Positions 49,683 to 57,938 of a stretch of 58,057 nt of DNA are shown one piece after another. The first letter of the stretch is position 1, and each line of letters starts with the position of its first letter. Source of the stretch: an uncultured Oscillospiraceae bacterium (GTDB taxonomy: Bacteria > Bacillota > Clostridia > UMGS1883). The stretch is from positions 1-58,057 of the forward strand of contig CAYLPQ010000005.1 of NCBI GenBank assembly GCA_964385605.1. Reading direction: 5' to 3'. The notes under the pieces are model-generated. The model was not told where the DNA came from and did not search any database. It worked only from the letters and a program-made list of their open reading frames with translations. The translations under genes and the position numbers were made by a program.

Positions 49683-52600
49683 TGGAGAACTACACGTTAA
49701 AAAATACATTTCCAAATGCATATTGTCCTGATGAGTTGTGTGATGCTACCGTAACAAAAATCAGCGCCGATGCAAACAAACGCATTATATCGGCTGATGT
49801 TTCGCTTGAAACGGTTATAAGCAGTGAAGCTATAGATAAATTCCGTGATTCTGTAAAAACTGCATATGGCCTTGAACGATTCGACCTTAATGTGGTTTTT
49901 GATGTGAAAGACACAGATATTTGTGAGTGTACAAAGTTCTGTATTGAAAAAATAGGGAATGAAGAGCCGCTTTATAAAGCGATTTTCGACTGTTGCTTTG
50001 TGAATGAATGTGAAAACAAGGTGAAAATCACTCTCCGACACGGAAATGAGGAGCTTCTCGAGGAAAACAGTATAGATAAAAAAATATCCGAGACATTACG
50101 GAAAACATTTGATATAGAGGAAGAAGTAATATTTGACTGTGACGAAATGGTTGTGGAAACAAAGCTTGAACCTGTATGTGCTCCCAAAGCACCGTCCGCA
50201 CCGAAGAAAATAGTATCTGTTGCGGCAGAGGGTGCGCTGATAGGAAAACCTTTTACGGCGAATGACCTTACAGACATCAAGGATATTGATAACTATTCCG
50301 GAAGCTGTATGATTTATGGCGATGTATTCGGAATTGACTGTAAGGAAATACCGAAAATCAAAAAAACTATTGTTTCTTTTTACATAACCGACTACACAGG
50401 CTCGCTCACAGTGAAATGCTTTGTGCCTATAGCCGCTACAGATGAGGTTAAGGATGCCCTTAAAAAGACTGGAACGGTGGCTGTCCGCGGAAAAGCAGAA
50501 ATGGATAGCTTCTCTCACGAGCTTACCGTTATGGCGAGGGATATTATACCGTATTCGATGCCGAAAGAAAAAGACGATGCAGAAATTAAGAGAGTCGAGC
50601 TTCATGCTCATACAAAATCGTCTGCAATGGATGCCGTTGTTAGTGCAAAGGACCTTGTAAAGCAGGCGATGAAGTATGGACACAGTGCAATTGCCATAAC
50701 CGACCACGGATGTGTGCAGGCTTTTCCTGAAGCATTCCATACTGCTGATGAAACCATAAAAATCCTTTATGGTTGCGAGGGGTATCTTATTGAGGCAGGT
50801 GCCCCCCTTGCGCGTGACACCAAGAGGTACCATATAATTATTTTTGCACAGAATCTTACAGGACTTAAAAATCTGTATAAGCTCATCAGTGCGTCGAATC
50901 TTGAACATTTCTATCGTCGTCCGCTTATTCCACGTGATGTCCTTGATGCGCATCGGGAGGGTCTTATCCTTGGCTCGGCTTGTGAGGCAGGCGAGCTTTT
51001 CCGCGCTGTTCTTGACGGAGCAGATGATGAAAAATTGGAAAAAATTGCTTCATATTATGATTATCTTGAAGTACAGCCGATTGGAAACAATGATTACCTT
51101 GTCCGTAATGGTACGGTGGCTGACCGCAAGGGGCTTTGTGACCTTAACCGTAAAATAATTGACCTTGCTGACAGAATGGGTAAGCTTGTTGTTGCAACAG
51201 GCGACGTTCATTTCCTCAGGAAACGTGATGAAATTTTCAGAAGAATACTTCAGGCGGGTCAGGGCTTTCAGGATGCGGATATGCAGGCGCCCCTTTATTT
51301 CAGAACCACACAGGAAATGCTTGATGAATTCAGCTATCTTTCCCCTGAAAAGGCTTATGAGATAGTAGTTACAAACACAAATAAAATTGCAGATATGATA
51401 GAAAATATCCGTCCCGTTCCCAAGGGAAACTTTCCCCCGAAAATTGACGGAAGTGCCGAGGATATAGAACGCATTGCCCGTGAAACGGCGGAAAGTCTTT
51501 ACGGAGACCCTCTTCCACAGGAGGTGGAGGACAGGCTTCAGCGGGAACTCAAAAGTGTTATCGGTAACGGTTATGCGGATTTGTACAATATTGCACGACT
51601 TCTTGTTAAACACTCCCGTGAGGAGGGGTATGTTGTTGGTTCGCGTGGTAGTGTAGGATCTTCTTTCCTTGCGTATTGTGCGCAGATTACAGAGGTTAAC
51701 AGCTTGCCGCCTCATTACCGCTGTCCAAAGTGCAAGCATACAGTGTTCATATATGATGAGCAGTATGACTCCGGTCACGATATGCCGGATGCCAATTGTC
51801 CGAAGTGTGGAACCGCGTATGTAAAAGACGGACATAACATTCCCTTTGAAACGTTCCTTGGCTTTAAAGGTGACAAACAGCCCGACATCGACCTTAACTT
51901 TTCCGGCGAAAATCAAGCGAGTGCACATAAATATACGGAGGAAATTTTCGGTGAAGGTTACGTTTTCCGTGCAGGAACGGTGAGTACCGTCGCAGAAAAA
52001 ACGGCATACGGATATGTTCGTAAATATTTTGAACAAAAGGGTATCAATGTCCACAATGCCGAAATTGAGAGGCTTAAGCAGGGAGTAATGAACGTTAAAA
52101 CCACCACAGGACAGCACCCCGGCGGTGTTATCGTTCTGCCCAAAGGTCACGATATTCATGAATTTACTCCTATTCAGCATCCTGCAGAGAAAGCAGAAAG
52201 TGGTATTATAACCACTCACTTTGACTATCACAGTATTGATGAAAACCTCTTAAAGCTTGATATTCTCGGTCATGATGACCCTACAATGATAAGGATGCTT
52301 CAGGACCTTACAGGGGTAGACCCTACACAGGTGCCTCTGGATGATAAGGCTGTAATGAGCCTGTTCCTTAATACAGATGCTCTTGGAGTAACTCCCGAGG
52401 ATATAGGAAGTGAAACGGGAACCTTTGCCGTGCCGGAATTTGGTACAAAATTTGTACGACAGATGCTTGTAGATACTAAACCGACCTCACTCGGTGAGCT
52501 TATTCGTATTTCGGGACTTTCTCACGGTACAGATGTGTGGACAAACAATGCACAGCTCCTTGTTCAGAACGGAACGTGTACACTGCGTAATGCTATCTGT

Positions 52601-53302
52601 TGCCGTGACGATATTATGATTTATCTTATAAACAGAGAACTTCCGCCGGAGCGCGCATTCAAAATTATGGAGCAGGTCAGAAAGGGTAAAAAGCTTAAAC
52701 CCGAGGATGAAGCAGAAATGCGAGAACATAATGTTCCCGAATGGTATATTGAATCCTGTAACAAAATTCAGTATATGTTCCCCCGAGCTCATGCGGCGGC
52801 ATATGTTACAATGTCGCTCCGGGTGGCATATTTCAAAGTTCATTATCCCGTCGCATTCTATCAGTCATATTATACGGTGCGTGCTGACACCTTTGATTAT
52901 GAGACTATGGCAACGGGCAGAGAAAATCTTCTTGTTAAAATGCGGGACCTTCAGCAAATGGAAAATCCGTCTGCCCGTGACAAGGCAACTCTTACAATTA
53001 TGGAAGTTGTAAATGAGATGTATGCAAGAGGAATAGAGTTTTTACCTATAGACATATATATGTCCCATCCGACGAAGTATCTTAACATAGGTGGAAAAAT
53101 TCTTCCGGCACTGAACAGCATAGCTGGTCTTGGCGATAAAGCGGCACAGTCTATTGCCGACGCAAGGGAAAACGGACGGTTTTTCTCCATCGATGACTTC
53201 AAGCAACGTACAAGTGTCAGTGAAACTCATATCGAGCTCTTCAAAAGCTTCGGTTGCTTTAAAGGTATTCCCCAAAGTGCCCAGGTAAGCCTGTTTGATT
53301 AA
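49679..53302 (+). CDS. polC: PolC-type DNA polymerase III alpha subunit, short form (1207 aa) without the DEDD exonuclease insert
   Basis: PolC N-domain and OB fold, PHP motifs (VELHAHT, ITDHG), the PolC Zn-finger region (HYRCPKCKH...CPKCG), GSRGSVGSS, DIDLNFSG, HPGG, LKLDILGHDDPT and the C-terminal HhH region. Its start overlaps the ispG stop. Confidence 0.95.
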   Translation: MMENYTLKNTFPNAYCPDELCDATVTKISADANKRIISADVSLETVISSEAIDKFRDSVKTAYGLERFDLNVVFDVKDTDICECTKFCIEKIGNEEPLYKAIFDCCFVNECENKVKITLRHGNEELLEENSIDKKISETLRKTFDIEEEVIFDCDEMVVETKLEPVCAPKAPSAPKKIVSVAAEGALIGKPFTANDLTDIKDIDNYSGSCMIYGDVFGIDCKEIPKIKKTIVSFYITDYTGSLTVKCFVPIAATDEVKDALKKTGTVAVRGKAEMDSFSHELTVMARDIIPYSMPKEKDDAEIKRVELHAHTKSSAMDAVVSAKDLVKQAMKYGHSAIAITDHGCVQAFPEAFHTADETIKILYGCEGYLIEAGAPLARDTKRYHIIIFAQNLTGLKNLYKLISASNLEHFYRRPLIPRDVLDAHREGLILGSACEAGELFRAVLDGADDEKLEKIASYYDYLEVQPIGNNDYLVRNGTVADRKGLCDLNRKIIDLADRMGKLVVATGDVHFLRKRDEIFRRILQAGQGFQDADMQAPLYFRTTQEMLDEFSYLSPEKAYEIVVTNTNKIADMIENIRPVPKGNFPPKIDGSAEDIERIARETAESLYGDPLPQEVEDRLQRELKSVIGNGYADLYNIARLLVKHSREEGYVVGSRGSVGSSFLAYCAQITEVNSLPPHYRCPKCKHTVFIYDEQYDSGHDMPDANCPKCGTAYVKDGHNIPFETFLGFKGDKQPDIDLNFSGENQASAHKYTEEIFGEGYVFRAGTVSTVAEKTAYGYVRKYFEQKGINVHNAEIERLKQGVMNVKTTTGQHPGGVIVLPKGHDIHEFTPIQHPAEKAESGIITTHFDYHSIDENLLKLDILGHDDPTMIRMLQDLTGVDPTQVPLDDKAVMSLFLNTDALGVTPEDIGSETGTFAVPEFGTKFVRQMLVDTKPTSLGELIRISGLSHGTDVWTNNAQLLVQNGTCTLRNAICCRDDIMIYLINRELPPERAFKIMEQVRKGKKLKPEDEAEMREHNVPEWYIESCNKIQYMFPRAHAAAYVTMSLRVAYFKVHYPVAFYQSYYTVRADTFDYETMATGRENLLVKMRDLQQMENPSARDKATLTIMEVVNEMYARGIEFLPIDIYMSHPTKYLNIGGKILPALNSIAGLGDKAAQSIADARENGRFFSIDDFKQRTSVSETHIELFKSFGCFKGIPQSAQVSLFD

Positions 53303-53334
53303 TAGAGGACTTTCGAAATCATTGTCATCAATTT

Positions 53335-53387
53335 AAGCCTTCCCCTTGAGGGGAAGGTGTCTGCGACAGCAGACGGATGAGGTGTAA
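53335..53387 (+). repeat. Intergenic two-hairpin repeat element, copy A
   Basis: AAGCCTTCCCC-ttga-GGGGAAGG TG TCTGC-gaca-GCAGA CGGATGAGGTGTAA. Same architecture and flanks as copy B at 56455..56513. Confidence 0.5.
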
Positions 53388-53466
53388 GAATGCCTGCCTC
53401 TCCTTACCTTAATTGTAACAAAATCGTACTCTCTTTCGTACTATAATACTGAAAGGGGGTGCCCGT

Positions 53467-53619
53467 TTGAAAAAGAAAAATTATTGTCGGCCGTGCGGGA
53501 TTTTTACCCTTGCATACATAGCAGGGATTTTTACGGCACTGGTGCTGCCTGTCTGGCTCCTTGCCGTTATTGAGGGTGCCCTGGTAATAGTATTGGGATG
53601 CACGCTGATGAGAATGTAG
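53467..53619 (+). CDS. Unannotated small membrane protein (50 aa, TTG start)
   Basis: MKKKNYCRPCGIFTLAYIAGIFTALVLPVWLLAVIEGALVIVLGCTLMRM, with a GGGGG RBS 7 nt upstream. Two hydrophobic helices. Below the ORF-track size cutoff. Confidence 0.5.
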   Translation: MKKKNYCRPCGIFTLAYIAGIFTALVLPVWLLAVIEGALVIVLGCTLMRM

Positions 53620-53672
53620 TGAGTGTAGCAAAATGAGATTATTTTGCTACAACTCCCGGAAAGGAATTGGTT

Positions 53673-53750
53673 ATGAGGATTGTTGTAATGAAATTGCCCG
53701 GATTTCTTGCCGGAATAACAAAAGCATTGTTCAGAATAAAATCTGAATAG
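53673..53750 (+). CDS. spoVM: Stage V sporulation protein M-like peptide (25 aa)
   Basis: MRIVVMKLPGFLAGITKALFRIKSE aligns position by position with B. subtilis SpoVM MKFYTIKLPKFLGGIVRAMLGSFRKD (K-L-P-x-F-L-x-G-I core). It has a GGAAAGGA RBS and a terminator follows. A 10-bp hairpin (53625-53650) precedes it. Confidence 0.7.
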   Translation: MRIVVMKLPGFLAGITKALFRIKSE

Positions 53751-53760
53751 GAATAGAAAA

Positions 53761-53796
53761 AGCATCCGGAGTAAAATTTATTCCGAATGCTTTTTT
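53761..53796 (+). terminator. Rho-independent terminator after spoVM
   Basis: GCATCCGGA-gtaaaattta(t)-TCCGAATGC (one mismatch) followed by TTTTTT. Confidence 0.7.
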
Positions 53797-53797
53797 G

Positions 53798-53977
53798 ACG
53801 TAAAGGAATTTGCGCAATTAATACGCATGAAATTATGTCTGTACTGCGTGTGGGCGCGACATGGGTGCAGGCACAGCCTGCTTTTTTCCGTAAAGGAATT
53901 TGCGCAATTAATACGCGTGAAACTATGTTTGCACTGTGTATGGGCGCGACATGGGTGCAGGCACAGCCTGCTTTTTT
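53798..53977 (+). repeat. Tandem direct repeat, 2 x 90 bp, each unit ending in a hairpin plus T-run
   Basis: Unit 1 is 53798-53887 and unit 2 is 53888-53977. Six substitutions between units, all transitions. Each unit contains TTGCGCAA and ends GCAGGC-aca-GCCTGC TTTTTT. Confidence 0.9.
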
Positions 53978-53998
53978 GAAAAAAATGTTATAAAACAG

Positions 53999-54027
53999 TT
54001 GAAAAAAGAACAAAAAAGATGTATAGT
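53999..54027 (+). promoter_or_regulatory. Putative promoter of the Big_2 lipoprotein gene
   Basis: TTGAAA, a 17-nt spacer, then TATAGT. A second TATAAT lies at 54044-54049. Confidence 0.45.
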
Positions 54028-54070
54028 TAATATATGAGGAATACTATAATCTTTTTAAGGAGAAAATAAT

Positions 54071-54685
54071 ATGAAAAAAAGACTGATTGCTATAATTCTT
54101 GTGCTTTCCACTGCTTTTGTTTTTGCTTCCTGCAAAAAGGGAAATGATAAACTTACCGCAAAAGAAAGCATAGTAAAAATGGAAGTTGGCGGCACACATA
54201 AGGTTGAGCTTGAAGAGGATGTTGAGAATGTTAAGTGGGAGAGTAAAAATAATGCAATAGCAACAGTTTCTCCCGATGGTGTAATCACTGCAGTAGGCGG
54301 CGGAATAACAGTTGTCTCTGCAAAGACGGAGAACAGCTATGTACATATTGGTGTTGACGTAAAGGGAAATAAAGAATATGTAGATAAAGACGGCAATGTG
54401 ATTGAAGTGTTTGACGGTGCCTCTGATATAACCGAGATAGAGGTTGGTGTTAAAACCAGCAGTGCAAGAGGTGACGTTACCGTTAAGGTTGGCGATGCAG
54501 TTACACTTCGCGCATATACCACACCTTCGGATTCAAAGGATAAAATAGTGTGGAGAACAGCCAATGCCTCTGTTGCTACTGTAAATGAAAAAGGAGAAAT
54601 GAAGGCAGTTGCAAAGGGTAAGACGGAAATTACTGCATATGCTCCTAACGGTGTTAAAGGCAAGCTGATTGTGCGTGTAAAATAA
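54071..54685 (+). CDS. Lipoprotein with two bacterial Ig-like (Big_2) domains
   Basis: Lipobox VFASC after the signal peptide. Two Big_2-like repeats (VKWESKNNAIATVSPDGVITAVGGG and IVWRTANASVATVNEKGEMKAVAKG). Confidence 0.8.
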   Translation: MKKRLIAIILVLSTAFVFASCKKGNDKLTAKESIVKMEVGGTHKVELEEDVENVKWESKNNAIATVSPDGVITAVGGGITVVSAKTENSYVHIGVDVKGNKEYVDKDGNVIEVFDGASDITEIEVGVKTSSARGDVTVKVGDAVTLRAYTTPSDSKDKIVWRTANASVATVNEKGEMKAVAKGKTEITAYAPNGVKGKLIVRVK

Positions 54686-54756
54686 CGAGTGGTAAAATTA
54701 CACAAAAAGCATATTTTAAAATGGTTGAAATGACGAAAAATATTTTTGTAAAATAC

Positions 54757-54785
54757 TTGAAATAATTAATTAACAAGAGTATAAT
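54757..54785 (+). promoter_or_regulatory. Putative promoter of the 54882 secreted-protein operon
   Basis: TTGAAA, a 17-nt spacer, then TATAAT, leaving a leader of roughly 95 nt before the AGGAGG RBS. Confidence 0.5.
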
Positions 54786-54881
54786 TGGTATTGTATAAAA
54801 ATAATGAGGTATAGTCTGCCTCGTTAATTGAATTTGCATTAAATTAATTTATTTAAATAAATTTAGAAGGAGGAAACAAAA

Positions 54882-55628
54882 ATGAAGAAACTTATGAAGG
54901 CAGTTGCATTTGTTACAGTAATGTGCATGCTTCTGTCGACAGCAGCTTTCGCATCAGACTACGGCACAGCAGAAGGCGATAAGACAGAGAAGCTTATTGA
55001 TATTAACGTTACTAACGTTGGTGCTAGTGAGCAGGTTGTTCTTCTCGTTGTAAAAACAGGTGTTGCACCTGCAGCAGCTACAGAGGCTGATATCATGTAT
55101 ATCGACCAGAAACAGGCCGGTTCAGATGAAACTGCATCTTTCTTGGATATCGCTATCATGAATACCGAGACTGTAGTTGATATCTATGTTGGTAGTGCGG
55201 AAACAGGCGGTGCCCAGTTTATCGGTACTGTAGACGTAACAGACGTTAAGGTTATCACACTTGCTACAGAAGATCTTGGCGACGATGCAATCATTACAGA
55301 GCATTCTGTTAGTGCAAACGGCAAAATGTCAGGTTTTGGTGCAGCTATCACTGTTAACATTCCTGTAGGTCTTACAGTTGATAAGATGATTTGGGGTTTT
55401 GAGCTTAGTGATGGTGTTAGACATTACACTGAAGCTGATGCTTATGATGTTTCACATGCAGAAGGTTGTTATGGTAATGTTCAGTTTGCAGCAGCATTTA
55501 ATTTCGGTTATATGACAGAAGCTACTGTTGAACGTGTGAGTGCTATCTTCCTTACAGGCGAAGGCACAGCTGATGAGATGGAACACTACACAGATGAAGC
55601 AAACGATAAGCCTAACAAGGCTGAATAA
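54882..55628 (+). CDS. Secreted protein of unknown function (248 aa)
   Basis: Signal peptide MKKLMKAVAFVTVMCMLLSTAAFA. Strong AGGAGG RBS. Acidic, beta-rich-looking sequence with no family recognised. Confidence 0.6.
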   Translation: MKKLMKAVAFVTVMCMLLSTAAFASDYGTAEGDKTEKLIDINVTNVGASEQVVLLVVKTGVAPAAATEADIMYIDQKQAGSDETASFLDIAIMNTETVVDIYVGSAETGGAQFIGTVDVTDVKVITLATEDLGDDAIITEHSVSANGKMSGFGAAITVNIPVGLTVDKMIWGFELSDGVRHYTEADAYDVSHAEGCYGNVQFAAAFNFGYMTEATVERVSAIFLTGEGTADEMEHYTDEANDKPNKAE

Positions 55629-55645
55629 TTTTCAGGAGGTAATGA

Positions 55646-55822
55646 ATGATGAAATTTTATGTTAAACCCGAAATTGAAGCATTAGCTCTTGAAACTGTTG
55701 ATGTAATTGAGACAAGTGCTTATGTGGCAAAAGCTGCTCTTGAAAGCACAGGCAAGGTTACTGCAGACGTTCAGGTTATTGAACAGCAGATCGCTGAAAT
55801 GTCAACTGACTGGCAGTGGTAA
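55646..55822 (+). CDS. Unannotated small ORF (58 aa), acidic, no signal peptide
   Basis: MMKFYVKPEIEALALETVDVIETSAYVAKAALESTGKVTADVQVIEQQIAEMSTDWQW. GGAGG RBS 6 nt upstream, 17 nt after the stop of the 54882 gene, and a strong terminator follows. Confidence 0.5.
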   Translation: MMKFYVKPEIEALALETVDVIETSAYVAKAALESTGKVTADVQVIEQQIAEMSTDWQW

Positions 55823-55853
55823 CTACATAATTACATTAATTAGAGCTAGCTTA

Positions 55854-55891
55854 AAAGGAGCACGGATAAATCCGTGCTCCTTTGTTTTTTT
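55854..55891 (+). terminator. Rho-independent terminator
   Basis: AAAGGAGCACGGA-taaa-TCCGTGCTCCTTT followed by GTTTTTTT. Confidence 0.85.
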
Positions 55892-55900
55892 CTGCTTCTA

Positions 55901-55925
55901 AAAATTCCCCAATTTGGGGAATTTT
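55901..55925. repeat. Perfect 25-nt palindrome AAAATTCCCCAA-T-TTGGGGAATTTT
   Basis: 12-bp arms. The same motif recurs at 57939..57981. It lies downstream of both convergent transcription units, so could act as a bidirectional terminator. Confidence 0.8.
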
Positions 55926-55992
55926 CATTGATTAATCATATTTTGCCACATTTTGAAGCTTGTGTTCTGCATTATTTGTTTAAATTATCATT

Positions 55993-56382
55993 TTATTTAA
56001 CAAATTTTACGAATTTTAACTTGTCTATGATGAAGATTAAAGCATAGCTTATTGCAAACCAGGCAATTGAAAACTGAATACAAATCTGCCCCATAAAATT
56101 TAATGGTAGGTCAGAGTAGTCCCAGATGTTCAGATTAAGAATCTGATTAAGAATAATTCCAAACAAAAGCTCTGTAGCTGTTATCATAATACTGCATATG
56201 GTAGCTCGCAAAAATCGGGAATGATTTTCAAGAAAAATGTTTATATAATAAATACCAATAAGACAAATTCCACCGGCGATACCCATAGACGGATGTGTAT
56301 ATCCTCTCCATAGAAATTCAAGCAGACAGTAACCTGTCGCACCGATTAAAAAAATTAAATAGCAACGTTTGTATATAACCAT
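55993..56382 (-). CDS. Small polytopic membrane protein (CmpB / 'putative ABC-transporter type IV' family-like)
   Basis: 129 aa with four TM helices and the block NIWDYSDLPLNFMGQICIQFSIAW, typical of that family. Confidence 0.65.
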   Translation of the reverse strand: MVIYKRCYLIFLIGATGYCLLEFLWRGYTHPSMGIAGGICLIGIYYINIFLENHSRFLRATICSIMITATELLFGIILNQILNLNIWDYSDLPLNFMGQICIQFSIAWFAISYALIFIIDKLKFVKFVK

Positions 56383-56454
56383 AAAATCCTCTTAATAAAC
56401 AGTTTTGAATAAAATGAATTCTTGAATAGCCGAATTAATCATATGCCAAATGAA

Positions 56455-56513
56455 AAGCCTCTCCCTGTGTAAGGGGAGGTGAGGTTACGTTAGTAACCTC
56501 GGAGGGGTTGTAA
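56455..56513 (+). repeat. Intergenic two-hairpin repeat element, copy B
   Basis: AAGCCTCTCCC-tgtgtaa-GGGGAGG TG AGGTTAC-gt-tagTAACCT CGGAGGGGTTGTAA. Matches copy A in the flanks (AAGCCT...GGTG...GGA.G.GGT.GTAA). Confidence 0.5.
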
Positions 56514-56560
56514 TATAAAGAATAAAAATTGTCCCTTTATTCAGTATGTGATTTTTGTGC

Positions 56561-56595
56561 AAAAAAATACACTTCAGAATATATCTGAAGTGTAT
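56561..56595 (-). terminator. Rho-independent terminator of glyA
   Basis: On the minus strand: ATACACTTCAG-atatatt-CTGAAGTGTAT followed by TTTTTTT. Confidence 0.8.
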
Positions 56596-56617
56596 TTAAC
56601 TTATTAAATCTGTTATC

Positions 56618-57856
56618 TTATTCGTAAATCGGAAACTTTTCGCAAAGTGCGCAAACTTCCTCTGTGATTTTATCTTTGTTAGCTTCAAAATCTGTTGCAA
56701 CAAGCTTCATCCATTTTGCAATAAGCTTCATTTCTTCTTCCTTGAATCCTCTTGAAGTAACAGCAGGTGCACCAACACGAATACCACTTGTAACAAAGGG
56801 ACTCTGCTTATCATTGGGGATTGCATTCTTGTTAACTGTAATATGTACCTCGTCAAGTCTCTTTTCCATTTCTTTGCCAGTAATGTCAAAGGGACAAAGG
56901 TCGATAAGCATAAGGTGGTTGTCAGTATCGTCAGATACAACGTTAAAGCCTTCGGCCTTAAGAGCATCGCAAAGAACCTTTGCGTTCTTTATAATCTGCT
57001 TCTGATATTCCTTGAATTCATCAGTAAGAGCTTCGCCAAAAGCAACAGCTTTAGCCGCAATAATATGCATAAGAGGACCGCCCTGTGTTCCGGGGAACAC
57101 AGCCTTATCAATCTGCTTTGCATACTCTTCCTTACAAAGGATAAGACCACCTCTGGGTCCGCGGAGTGTCTTGTGAGTAGTTGTCGTAACAACGTCAGCA
57201 TAGGGAACGGGTGAGGGATGAAGACCTGCAGCTACAAGACCTGCAATGTGCGCCATATCTACCATAAGGATAGCGCCAACTTCATCTGCAACCTTTCTGA
57301 AAGCCTCGAAGTCAATTGTTCTTGAATAAGCACTTGCACCTGCTACGATAAGCTTGGGCTTGCACTCAAGTGCAATCTGACGCATTTTTTCGTAATCAAT
57401 CACACCTGTTTCGTCGTCGACACCGTAAGGAACAATGTTGAAATACTTACCGCTGATGTTCACCGGTGAACCGTGTGAAAGATGACCACCGTGAGCAAGA
57501 TTCATACCCATAACTGTGTCACCGGGCTGCAGAAACGCAAAGAATACTGCAAGGTTTGCATTAGCACCGCTGTGGGGCTGAACGTTTGCGTGTTCTGCAC
57601 CGAAAAGCTTCTTTGCTCTTTCAATAGCAAGAGTTTCAACCTCATCTACATGTACGCAACCACCGTAGTAGCGCTTGCCGGGATAGCCCTCTGCATACTT
57701 ATTTGTAAGTACTGTACCTGCGGCAAGAAGAACTGCCTTTGATACAATATTTTCTGAAGCAATAAGTTCAATGTTGTGCTGCTGTCTTGCAAGCTCACGT
57801 CCGCAAGCCGCAGAAACTTCACTGTCGTAATTTGCTAATTCATCAAAAAAGTTCAT
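56618..57856 (-). CDS. glyA: Serine hydroxymethyltransferase
   Basis: 412 aa with the PLP block [14 protein letters not shown] and [12 protein letters not shown] at the N-terminus. Confidence 0.97.
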   Translation of the reverse strand: MNFFDELANYDSEVSAACGRELARQQHNIELIASENIVSKAVLLAAGTVLTNKYAEGYPGKRYYGGCVHVDEVETLAIERAKKLFGAEHANVQPHSGANANLAVFFAFLQPGDTVMGMNLAHGGHLSHGSPVNISGKYFNIVPYGVDDETGVIDYEKMRQIALECKPKLIVAGASAYSRTIDFEAFRKVADEVGAILMVDMAHIAGLVAAGLHPSPVPYADVVTTTTHKTLRGPRGGLILCKEEYAKQIDKAVFPGTQGGPLMHIIAAKAVAFGEALTDEFKEYQKQIIKNAKVLCDALKAEGFNVVSDDTDNHLMLIDLCPFDITGKEMEKRLDEVHITVNKNAIPNDKQSPFVTSGIRVGAPAVTSRGFKEEEMKLIAKWMKLVATDFEANKDKITEEVCALCEKFPIYE

Positions 57857-57938
57857 TTGTATGTCCTCCTACAATAATCTCCTAATTATATTATATAATA
57901 AAAGGAAATTAATTTCAATAGTAAAATGTAAAAAGTTC

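Noticed and set aside
50096-52231. Two long minus-strand ORFs (285 aa and 393 aa) inside polC
   Set aside because: Both are antisense to the strongly conserved PolC reading frame. There are no motifs or RBS, so these are shadow ORFs.
53798-53977. CRISPR array
   Set aside because: There are only two directly abutting 90-bp units, with no unique spacers and no cas genes. The unit length is far beyond that of CRISPR repeats.
53639-54013. 124-aa minus-strand ORF
   Set aside because: It is simply the translation of the tandem repeat (the peptide KKAGCACTHVAP... occurs twice) and overlaps spoVM in antisense. It is not a credible gene.
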